Shown in pieces: positions 12,600 to 23,195 of a stretch of 64,000 bases of DNA. A program made the translations under genes and the position numbers. Position 1 is the stretch's first letter, and every line of letters begins with the position of its first letter. A model generated the notes under the pieces. The model was not told the origin of the DNA and made no database searches. It saw only the letters and a program-made list of their open reading frames with translations. This stretch comes from Cenococcum geophilum (lineage: Eukaryota): the NCBI GenBank assembly GCA_050273025.1, contig CP158635.1:32364001-32428000 (forward strand), given 5' to 3'.

Positions 12600-13008
12600 T
12601 CAATTGCGGCGATCAGCGCTTCACATACGAGAAATGTTGTCTTTGCTACAAGATTATAAGAAAGCTATTTAACCCTGCTTGAATGATTTTGCTCACTTTG
12701 CAGCACACACCAGCGCCCGGCGCCTCCTTAATAAGGCGATCAAATTCTTTCCATGTCGTTACGTCCTATTGTGCCTGGACAGGGCTCTCTGCCGATGCCC
12801 TGACAAACGTGATGAGCTGTGCTCTAGGAGTCACTGCTGATGCCACATATGGTACGCAATTAACACCTACCCATGGACTTGCATAGACAGCATCCGAAGC
12901 CACTGGCATATGCTTAGTAAATACCAGCACATTTTTGTACCTAGCTTCGGCAAGACGTAGGGTAGTCATCAAGCCTACAACCCCGGCTTTGACATCTAGC
13001 CTTCCCAT
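12600..13008 (-). pseudogene. D-amino-acid oxidase-like gene fragment (N-terminal FAD-binding region); lower boundary approximate
   Basis: AGVVGLMTTLRLAE...KHMP...YASPWVGVNCVP matches the fungal DAO N-terminus (GAGVxGL...KHMPGD...YASPWAGAN). The continuation Q*DVTTWKEFDRLIKEAPGAG has a stop at a conserved W. A probable intron donor appears mutated to ATATGT. Confidence 0.8.
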
Positions 13009-13300
13009 AATATCTTATCTCTATGGGTTCTTAGCGATCGGTCTTAATCCCCAACGCGTGTACCCAAATATACCACTTAGTCTCTTCTCCATACCAAAGT
13101 GTCACAAACTAATATTACTCCGCTGTGCCATTCGGCTATTTTAGTTTATTGCATTATAAACGCTATTACGAAACGTCTACCGATAGTCCAGAATCAATCT
13201 AACTTCCCAACTATGCTATCGGGATAGGTCCCATCCAACCATAGGTGTGGTAAGCTTACCTTCAAAATGATGATGAATAGAGTACCTGAAATATTGGCTC

Positions 13301-16212
13301 TTATGCGCCGTAACCTTTACCCCAGATAATAGACTGCACAATAGAATGAGGCGAAGATCCTTCATTACCCCTAAGGAAAAACGGTGTTGATGATTCACTA
13401 GACGACGATCCAATACCGCTATCATCAGTATCTAATTTCTCTTCAACTGCCTGAACTAATGGTAGGTCTCTTGGCCCTTGATGAGGTATCAACTTCCGTA
13501 ATGCCTCAACTGATCGGATAATAGGCCCTGGGAGATCCACAGGCTCCAAGCCTGACAAAACGTTGGACATGACGGTAACTAATTTGTCCAGGAGCCTCCG
13601 GGCTCGCTCGTTCTTAGTACGCATTCCAAGTAGGCCGAGGAGGAGGGCAGAGCTGAGAGCCCGATGCAGAGCTGCCCAGGAGTAGACGGCAAATTTGGTG
13701 ATTTTTTGTAAGCCGAGGAAGGCTTCTACGGTGTCGGCTAGACTGTCGATACATATTTGCTTAAGAGATGACGGTACATCTTCATTGGGGTTTGTAGTGT
13801 TGATGACTGGGCGGCAGAGTTCGGCCATTACATATGAGCGGTGGAGAAAGAAGTTCCAATACTCTAGGTGATCCTTCATAGATCTACACATTCGAAGATC
13901 CTGTAGATGACTTGATGATCTGTCGAGAAGATCTCGGATTTTGTCTCGGTATTCCATGATTTGTAGGACTTGACGGCTTGAGTCTCGATAAGCTGCTCGC
14001 AGCTGGACAATATCCAGCCCTAGGATGCATAAACTCCGCATACAGTCGGCATAAGACATTTTTGTTTGCCCCAGAAGCCAGGTTCCTTGCAAGGCGTCAA
14101 TGATTACCGTCGGGGAAGCTCTGTCATAGGAAATTGACAGAAGGCTATCTTGCCATATGATTTGCCACCTAACTATTGTCAGCCTTTGCGGAAGTCCAAC
14201 ACTTTTAAAGGAGGTGACGTGAAGTACGATGTAAGAACTAATGGCGGTCGGGATAGGGATATAAGGAATGTCGGGAGGCTTGTGTTGAGCGAGCTCATGC
14301 ACAATACACGTTCTGTCCTCTATCCACGTTTCCCGACGAGTCGCATGACGTTAGGCTTTGGTATGCCTGACCGACCGACTTGTACCCTTCCGCCATAAAT
14401 TCTAGCACACCCTAAATGGTTCAATATTGCTTACCAGATGTTACTTCTCTGTAACTTAACAGCCGGTGCGGCAGAGTCAGGTGCTGCACGGTGAAGACCA
14501 AGGCTTTGCGCTAATCGAATCGTAAGTCCTTAAAAACCATCAGTAAGTACGCTCTAGATCTGACGTGCAACTCGAGGCCCATTTCGGAATAATTATGTCT
14601 AAAGGCAATAAAAGTTGGAGAGCAATGAAAGACAACTTTTGAAGTGCTTCATCTAATTAAACAACGAGAGGAATAGAGACTATCCTCTTGTAGAACTTGT
14701 GTCAGTCAGGGTACACAGTTGGACAGCTTCTTTGTACCCAAATCTACATATTGAAACCATCGATGCTGTCCCTGCGACGGGTTCTGCGACTTATGATAAC
14801 TTAAAGTAGGGCACTTCCCAGCCTGGAAAGCTTGTAGAGAGCATTTTCATCTGAAACCACTTACCAAGCAACGACCAGGCAACCCCGGCATTCATGCTGT
14901 TCGAGATGACGTTTCCCAGAATGAGGAGATTTTGAATGTCGATTGGCGTTGAATGAGATAGGTAATTGATTATACGCAGGCATTCATAGGAACAACATAC
15001 TTTCAAACTATTAGCGTTTGGGCTTCTAATTTAGGGTATTGGAAGTTCGCTGGGAAAGTCAATGCCACACAGACTGCTTCTCCAGACCCAAAAAATTAAG
15101 TAGCGTTCATGCCCTTCGAACATCTAAGGCTGGTCACACACATTATAGAATGTCGGATAAGGATACCCCTGCGTGGCGACGACTTCCCCGCGTGCATCTG
15201 TCTTGGGATGAGCACGCTTACCATAGACCTGGGAGGTTAGCTGCCGTTCCTTTCTAGAGAGCCCTGAGCATTGGCATCCAGATGCGAGGATAGCAAAGAG
15301 CAGTCCGAGCCAATGCAGATCTTTGCCGTAGACCTCCTGTTTCGCAAGTTCGTCTCCAGTGACTTCTAGCCCATTGTTATCCCGGATAATGAGGAAATTG
15401 GTGAGATTGGACTCAAAATGTTCGATATCGACAATGACGGGAAAGAGGACGTGGGCAGTGTCACGATAATATCTGAAGTATTCAAGACAGTCTGCATCGC
15501 TAGGCAATGTGGCACAGAGTTCCCGGATCCTCATCGGCGATCCGTGGGGTAGCCCCCACAGGTCCACGAAAGGGTATGTAGCAGTCTCGTTATCGAGACC
15601 AAAGACTGGTAAAACGCTGGTGCCCAGGACCTCTTGGATCTTGCCTCCATCTTCACCTTTGCCAAGTGCCATAACCATTGCCGGCACAGACTGGGGGCCA
15701 AGGTAGACATTTTCGCCCGTCATATCTGGATTGATGTAGATGCCCTCTGCTTGGGCACCTGCTTCTGAAGGAGCATTCGCTGTGGCATCCAATGCCGGAG
15801 CATGCTGATTATTTCTGTCTCTTGCCAAATGGCCAATGACGTCTGAAAGTTGGGCAATGCTCTCCTGTATGTCTAAAAGCGACCCCTCCAACGTTTCGAG
15901 CTTAGTGTGAATCAAGTCCGACTCTGACTGGGCAGGCCCCGAAATTTCGGGCCCGTCAGCGGCGCGGGCCGCAGTAGGATCAATATGAATGCGCTTTAGC
16001 GGTGGATCGTACGTGCACAGTTCGGGATGGTTCCGAGTAAAGCATGTTTGGCAGGGTGTCTCGAAGCTACATCGGACTTTGCGCTGTCGGCAAGGGAAGC
16101 AGGCTCGCTGTCCCTGAGCTTTTCGCTTGCGTCGGAAGGCCTCGGCGGCGTCTGAGGGCCGTAAAGAGTGTTCATGCGGGCTGAACAGCGGAGATTCCGT
16201 GAAACCGTCCAT
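13301..16212 (-). CDS. Zn(II)2Cys6 fungal transcription factor with fungal-specific TF (middle homology) domain, ~695 aa; exons 16212-15222, 14999-14865, 14528-14435, 14168-13301
   Basis: CFPCRQRKVRC...PCQTC...HPELC zinc cluster. AWSLLGLTIRLAQSLGLH and WWQIIWQDSLLS motifs are restored after splicing. All introns are GT-AG with branch-like CTAAT/CTGAT/CTGAC. The exons sum to 2088 nt, in frame. Confidence 0.93.
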
Positions 16213-16264
16213 GACGTGACAGCCTGCCCACGATCAGGTCAGCGGGAGGAAGGAAACGCACGCT

Positions 16265-16336
16265 TCGGCCCTCTCGGGCTCTCGGAGAGCTCGGAGCGCT
16301 CGGAGCGCTCGGAGCCGTCGTGAGCGTTCGGAGCCG
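16265..16336. promoter_or_regulatory. Array of TCGG motifs with ~9-bp period (CGG-N6-CGG); candidate Zn2Cys6 binding sites
   Basis: TCGG at 16265, 16274, 16282, 16291, 16300, 16309 and 16328, i.e. 50-120 bp upstream of the Zn-cluster gene ATG. Function is inferred. Confidence 0.45.
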
Positions 16337-16341
16337 GACTA

Positions 16342-16352
16342 CACGTGATTGG
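16342..16352 (-). promoter_or_regulatory. Overlapping CCAAT box and E-box (CCAATCACGTG on the minus strand)
   Basis: The plus strand reads CACGTGATTGG, 130 bp upstream of the Zn-cluster gene ATG. Function is inferred. Confidence 0.4.
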
Positions 16353-16554
16353 AGCACTTGGCAAAAACAAAGTTTCCTTTGCTTTATCTCATAAATCAGA
16401 GGCTCAGAGGCTCCGTAGTAGATTTTGGTTACGAGACAGGGGAACGGCTCCCTATCCCCCCCCCCTGCCTAAAAACTTCTGCGAAGCGTCCGAGAGCTTA
16501 TAGGGGTCGCTTTGGTGAGAAGTGAATGTTTAAAAATCGATTTTTGACCTTTTC

Positions 16555-16628
16555 TATCCCTTAACCCGCTGCTTTGCGTCCATCTGTTATCGATAACAGA
16601 TGGACGCAAAGCAGCGGGTTAAGGGATA
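16555..16628. repeat. 74-bp perfect spacer-less palindrome
   Basis: TATCCCTTAACCCGCTGCTTTGCGTCCATCTGTTATC|GATAACAGATGGACGCAAAGCAGCGGGTTAAGGGATA. Confidence 0.97.
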
Positions 16629-16968
16629 AGCAACAACCACGATAGTTATAATACATTCATCTAATATATCTTTATAAATATATACTATAGCCCTATTAAG
16701 AGGTAAGATGTATTATCGTAACAGTTAACTTAGATTTTAAACGGAGTCTTCGTAGATTTGGACTAAATCCGACTAGCCACCTATGTCTAACTTCTCGTGA
16801 AATAGAGCTATAATATCACTACAACGTGGAGGCAATAGAGAAGATAATGAGCTTTTAGCTCGTAGTGTTTTAGACGTAGAGAAGTACATAAGGTATAGCA
16901 GTAAGGCAAGATTATAATAAAAATTGCGATAAACTTGTCAGATGACGAAGTCACCTCGCTTATATCTA

Positions 16969-17231
16969 CAAGGGGGTAACATGAACGGGTCAGACGCCCA
17001 CCCTGCTAGTACAGTAAACAAAATAATCTGGCCCCGCTATGTCATTCTGGACTCGCTTATTTCTTCACCCATACTAGCAGGGTGGGCGAGGGGTAACATC
17101 AATGCCTCAGACGCCCCCCCTGCTAGTACGGTAAACAAAATAACCTGGCCCTGCTATATCACTTTGCACTCGCTTATTTCTTCACCCATTATAGCAGGGG
17201 GGGCGTCTGAGGCATTGATGTTACCCCCTTG
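16969..17231. mobile_element. TA-flanked MITE present as a head-to-tail dimer of a ~120-145-bp TIR unit
   Basis: TA|CAAGGGGGTAACAT ... ATGTTACCCCCTTG|TA. Two copies of the core CCCTGCTAGTAC.GTAAACAAAATAA...TCGCTTATTTCTTCACCCAT..TAGCAGGG. The second unit has ~36-bp perfect TIRs. Confidence 0.85.
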
Positions 17232-17911
17232 TATTGTTCCGCACAGCCGTACGTGGCATCTTGCCAATCATTCGCTTACCTTTTGTAGGTTTGCGCGATG
17301 GGTGGGTCTGTTCAGTTGCAAAATTTAGTATATTTTTACGCTCCGTTACGACTAATAAAGCTGCGACCATAAGCCTCAGGCCCTTGGTTGGGTGCAGTAT
17401 GCCCGCACGTGCGCATAGTGCACGTACCAACGGTCCACCTTTGCTTCGGCCAGCTCGGGCACATCTCCACGAGTGCTCCCGAGAAATGCAACGCCTCATT
17501 TCTGTGGGGCACCTGCCATTCGCTTCCCCGCACGGGCCAGTCGCCTTGCAAAGTCTCGCCCCTCTACCGCACCGGACACCAGTCCAGGCTGTAAACATGA
17601 CATATTCATCCTTCAGCCTTGAGCTTGGCAATACATGTCGGAACGAGACTAACAGACCAGGGATTATCGAGGGGAGCGAGGCATTAGAAGATTTTGGAAA
17701 GATAAAAGGACAGTCAGTGACCTCACCTAGACTGACAATTTTTTAAACACACATTTCCACCTGCGTTTCAGCCGACATAGTTATTGAGATACTTATACTA
17801 GACACCTCACGCCTCTCTTCTGTGTTTAACTTAGCCTTAAGGCACAACGCCTGCTTCTATTGTCACCTTCCTCTCTCCATTACAGCAACCAACTCACATC
17901 AACCCATCACA

Positions 17912-18942
17912 ATGACAGTCGACTGGGCACTCTTCACCCAGCTCGACTCCATGGTCGACGCAGAACAAGCCCACCGTGAGCTTCCAAGATTGACTTCTCT
18001 GACTTGTCTTCTTACCCCATAGTAGCTTCATCAGACTGCAGCCCCGCGGACGAAGCATTCTCCTGCCCCGACGCCTTCGACAAGGCTTACCTCGCAGACT
18101 TGTACACTACAACACCTGACTACTTACTCGATGACTGGGTAAACTGCGATTTCTTCGACCGCCCTCTCAACAACGTTGACCTCCCAGCCGGCTTTGCACC
18201 AAAATACCACGCCGCATTCAACGCCACATTGCCAACTGCGACGTCAGCAATAGAGGATGCGAATATGAACCAGTGGCCATCCACCAACTCCGCACTGTTT
18301 AGACGGTTAGTGAACTACAACGACACCTTCACGACCGGCCTCCAATTCGGCGCCATCGACTCGGACTCGCTCGAATCCAGCTGCTCATCTCTACGGGAAT
18401 CATCACCAACACCATTGCTCTGCAGAGATGGTCCCCAGCCAACCCAAGCTTCTCCCACACTGTCCCATGGCTCATTAAAGAGGGAGTCGCCAGACGATGC
18501 TGCTAAGGACGAGCCCTCACCAAAAAGAGTACAAAGAAAACGAGGCAGACCAAGGATCAATCGAAGCGAGATAGATCCCACAAATTACTCGACTAACGGC
18601 TCTCCTAAGTCCCGCCCACTCTATCGCCTTCCGCATAACCAAGTCGAACGTAAATATCGCGAAGGTTTGAATTCTGAGCTCGAACGTCTCCGCCTTGCTG
18701 TGCCGACACTCCCACAACGAGATTCGAGCGGTTTGGCGGGTCCTCCCAAGCCTAGCAAGGCCACTGTTCTCGCCAGCGCCATCGACTACATCAAAGCAAT
18801 CGAGACAGAGCGGGACAGGCTTCTGGAGGAGAACGAGGGCCTCCGGGGCATGCGGCCCAGTAACATTCAGGCAGCAGGCAAACTCCGGAATTACGGCCGG
18901 AATAATGCAAGATTGAATTCCGCTGTGACGATATATTCTTGA
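17912..18942 (+). CDS. bHLH transcription factor with an AT-hook-like motif, ~327 aa; exons 17912-17975 and 18023-18942
   Basis: RLPHNQVERKYREGLNSELERLRLAVP...KPSKATVLASAIDYIK bHLH with Tyr in the basic region, as in SREBP-like bHLHs. RKRGRPR motif upstream. A 47-bp GTGAG...CATAG intron joins the ATG at 17912 in frame. Confidence 0.92.
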
Positions 18943-20064
18943 GATATTATCTCTTACTTTCTTTGACTATATCTTGCTGCAAGGTGAGCAACAAAAGACA
19001 AAAGCGCTCATGCATGCTTTTCAGCCAGGGCAAAAGGCAGTGTTATTGGCGGCGGCGTCTATCTGTCTGCAAAATTCTCAGCCCCACCATACGTCAAGTG
19101 CTGACACGGGGGAGATTGATTGCTCTCTAAATGATTGGCAGATTGGGAACATGGTGAAAGGGCTTTGAAGCGGCTTTATTTTGTGGGTCACATACTCATA
19201 AGTCTCCTAGACGTAGCGTAGAAGATATTATATAGTAAACAGAAGCTAGTGCAAATGTGGAAGGGTTGAGCTGTGTAAGCATGCTTACGAGTGATATCTA
19301 ACGGTAATGAAAGTGTTTTGGCACCGGATGTCGTCACCACAAATAGGGAGGGTGGTCGACCCGCACCAGCCACACCCTTGTTTTTGGACCCTTTTTGGGT
19401 GTGGTTGGAGAGAGAACTTGGGGAAGGAAGTCCCCACCACATGAAAGCATGTGGATGTGTAGGTTTCCGCCAAGAAAGTTGCGCCAAGAGGTTTGCAGCG
19501 CAGCTTCTAGCTATAACTAGATTAGGCCTACAGGGTCCCAATCCGTTGGCCTAGTTTTATTAGGACACACGGCGGGAACTACACCATCTCGTTAATTCCA
19601 GTGGTTAGCGCCTTACTAGTGATGCCTCTCAGGCGGAAATCCTTATACAGATTAGTATGAGTTTCCCCGTCTTGGCAGCGAGCTTCGAAAGACTTTAATA
19701 TTAAACTTTTATAAAGCTTTTTAAAATCAATAACTGTATAGTAGACCGCCTACACATAAACACCTCTAAAGCTATAGTAGCTAAATAAGTATCTAAATAT
19801 CTCTTTTAAGCTCTTAATTATCCCCTAAGCTTTTTATTATCCTCTACTACTTAATACATCCCTTTTTTACTTTAATGATTACCTAAAGGCGTATAGGTAT
19901 AGAAGTAACTAGGTCCTTAAAGTAATAGGCCTATAAATTCCCCTATTTAGATTTAATAGCTACTTATATTATTTCTTTTATTTATAAATAAGGCTTCTAC
20001 TTAGCTAATTAAATCTCTATCAAATTTTAAACAGCCTTAATTAGGTTAAGATCTAGGCTATTTA

Positions 20065-23000
20065 TATTAGCGACTCGGTTAATCGAGGCACGAGTACGGC
20101 AAGAGGGACGCGCAAGCCTATATAATTGGATTGTCTATAAACGAGGATCTAAAGCTAAAGAAAGAAAAGGAGAAGAAGAGTAGCGCTGCTTAATGTTTAT
20201 AAGATCTTCGCGTTATATAACTATAGAGTTCTACCAAGTTCTACTAATGCCATAATATTACTTCCCCCCTTAGTAAAGCCTGCCCTTTAGCTTTATATAT
20301 CTATATTACTCCTATAGGGTGTTCTTATCCTTATATTCTTTTAGTAGCTTATTGTTTTTACTATACTAATACTCTATTTACTTGTCTAGGTACTTTAGGG
20401 GTTTTAGTTTATTAGGGTAACAGCTATAGAATTCTTAAAGCTTATAGGGATTGCTAATAAAGTTTTATATAGAGTAGATAATTATCCTTATAGGTTATAT
20501 TATTTAGCTTATAGTAATTAATATAGAAATAGAGTCCTTTATTTAGCTTTTTAGTAAAGAAAATAAGCAAGTTAAAATAGGCTTAGCTAGACTTAATAAA
20601 GCCCTTATTTAGGTTATTAATAAGATAATACCTTATAGCCTATAATTTAGCAGTAAACTGTTAGTAAAAGGGGCTAAAGCTAAAAGTATTTTTCTTATCT
20701 AGCTTAGGGGTCGTTCGGTTGCAATATGGAGGCCTCGGATTCCATTTTATAATTTGTTGATTCGGAGTGATTTTGTCTGCACAGCCTCAAAAATTTGATG
20801 TTCCTCTCACCGCTCGCAAAACGCCAGAATAGCACGCTAAAATATTGGCAACTTTACCGTATACAGCTTCTGAAATGGAGCTCTTGGCGTCATTTTAATA
20901 TGGAGCTCGAAGCTCCTGTTATAGATTCCAGTTTAATATGGAGGCTTCATATTTGCACACGTCCGTGCAACCCGTAGAGCCACAGACGCGTGTTAAATCG
21001 GGAAGGAACGCGTTCCTTCTGCCGGACTTTCAGTTCATATTCAATCTGACGGTTTTGCAACCGAACAATCCCTTAATCTTAATTTTATAGTTATACAGTT
21101 AGTAAGGCGGGAGTCTATTAGATACTACCTTAGAGAATATATCCTTAAACTTCTACTATTAATAGGGTAGTTTTTATTCTACTAGCTTCTTATCTATAAG
21201 CTCGCCTTCCTATCTACTAAGTTCGCTTTCCTTTTCCTTAATTATTTAGTTAATTTTATATAAGCTAGTTGTAAAAGTAATAGTATTAGGCTAGACTAAG
21301 TTCTAGTAGAATTATACGGCGCTAATATAGCAGATATTAACTAGTAGGAGGCCCGTAGGTTTCCTTATAGCTATTTACTAGACTATATTTTATAGTTTAG
21401 GGTTTATAATCTTTCTTAGCTCCTATTCTATCTTCTATAAGTTATCTCTCTAATATATTAGTTTAGTATAGTATCTAATATTTCTTACTATTCTTTATAG
21501 CTATATAGGGCCTAAGCTCCCTATAGGGAGCTTAGCTAGCTTATTACTAACTTCTTTAATTTTTAATATAAGGGGTATAATATAGGTATTTTAGGGGCGG
21601 CGTAGTATATAAATTTATTACGGATTAAGCTGTACGTTTTTCTTGAAAGCCCGGTCCCTTTATATAGCATTAGCCTAGTAAGTAGTATTTATTTATAGCC
21701 GTATAAGGTTTTCTATTATAATACTAATTTCTTTTATAAAGGAAGGTATTAGGGTATAGTTTTGGGCTAAATAAGCTATCTATTCCGTATATTAAGCTAT
21801 AAGCCTAAATAGGCTAGCCATTTTCTTTTTAAAATTATATTATAGCTTCTAAGGTCTATAATTAGGAAGGGGATATTATATTACCTTTATTTACTAATAC
21901 GGAGGTAAATTTATAAGATAGTTATAATAGGTAGCCCTATCTATCTGTTATACCCTTAAATAGAAATTGGTTTAGGCAGTTCTTTAAAAGATATATTTAA
22001 GAAGTTAGCCAGTTTTATAACATACTTTATATTAGTTAAGGTAAAGGTATTTGCTCCTAAGTTAGCTAAAGTAGAGGTTAAAACTTAATATCTATTATAG
22101 AATAAAGTATATGGGATAGTGCAGCTTCTTCTACTAATTAACTAACCTAGATTAATATATAATATATTAATCCCTTTTAACTATAAAGAGGAGTCCTTTT
22201 TTAGGATTCCTCTTTTTCTAACTCTATATTATCCTTCTAAATTAAAAGCGGATCTAAGAGGCTAAAAAGGTCTCTATTGTTTTTATATTTAGGCTTTTAT
22301 AGTTAAGGCGAGCGTTTTATACCTTAAAGGAGTCCTTATAAATAGAAGATAGGTAGTTAATTATCTCTTTTTTAGAGAGAAAGGGGTCTATTAAGTCCTA
22401 GGCGTATTACGGACGTAAATATATTTATACGTTTTTACTAGTATAGCTAAAGACGTAGGCTATTTTAGCTTAAATAATAGGGAAGTAGTCTGTATTAACT
22501 TTAAGCTTATCTTATAGTTAAAGCTTCTAATTATTAAATATAGGGTTAGTTCCGTTTATAAGTAATAGGGGGTCCGCGACCTTTGCGGATTATAATAATG
22601 CTATATATTAGGCTAGGGCCTTAAGGACAGCAGCAAGTCTGTCTAATAGGTTATTGCTAAATATAGAGGTGTCTCTAGTTTTAAGCAGTTCTCGTAGCCG
22701 TTTAATTTTAATATTAGCTGTGGTAAGTTCCGCCTAGAGGGTTAAAATATTAATTATTTCTTTATCTAAGGTATTTGTAAGCCCTATAGCTACTTTACCG
22801 GATACTATATTTCTTAGTATAGTGGTAAGGGTATTAGATAATTCTAGGTAATTTCTTTAAGGATTTTAGTTTATATATATCTAGTTCTTAAGGTTTTATT
22901 TATATTCTTTTATATTCTAATTCTATATTCTTGTTCTATTTATAGTCTATAGATATATTTAAGTTCCTTCTTAGGAAGAAAGGGTAGTTAAGCTTTAGAT

Positions 23001-23195
23001 AATATTAGTAACTTAGTTAATTAAGGTATAAGTATAGTAAGAGGGACGCGCAAGCCTATATAATTAGATTGTCTATAAACGAGGATCCAAAGCTAGAGAA
23101 AGGAAAGGAGAAGAAGAGCAATGCCGCTTAATATTTATAAGATCTTCGCGTTATATAATAGTAGAGTTCTGCTAAGTTCTGCTAGTGCTGTAATA
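20065..23195 (-). mobile_element. Internally deleted Gypsy family A element (copy A2): gag, protease and RT start fused to the chromodomain end
   Basis: LTRs 20065-20257 and 23003-23195. TSD ATTTA (20060-20064 / 23196-23200). PPT at ~20260-20270. Homologous to 1-780 and ~3350-3859 of copy A1. Confidence 0.92.
20707..21072. mobile_element. PIF/Harbinger (Tourist-like) MITE, 366 bp
   Basis: 18-bp TIRs GGGGTCGTTCGGTTGCAA versus GGGATTGTTCGGTTGCAA (right end, reverse-complemented). 3-bp TSD TTA. Absent from the homologous site in copy A1 (~550). Confidence 0.88.

Noticed and set aside
15938..15951. 14-bp palindrome CCCGAAATTTCGGG
   Set aside because: Short and inside coding sequence; compatible with chance.
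16942..17328. 128-aa ORF with an internal duplication
   Set aside because: It is the translation of the MITE dimer at 16969-17231.
17221..17746. Overlapping 136-170-aa ORFs in the bHLH upstream region (one Cys/Arg-rich)
   Set aside because: No recognisable domain or signal peptide. Probably chance ORFs in GC-balanced promoter DNA; this cannot be fully excluded without RNA-seq.
19188..19554. Short ORFs downstream of the bHLH gene
   Set aside because: No motifs, overlapping on both strands, mostly non-ATG starts.
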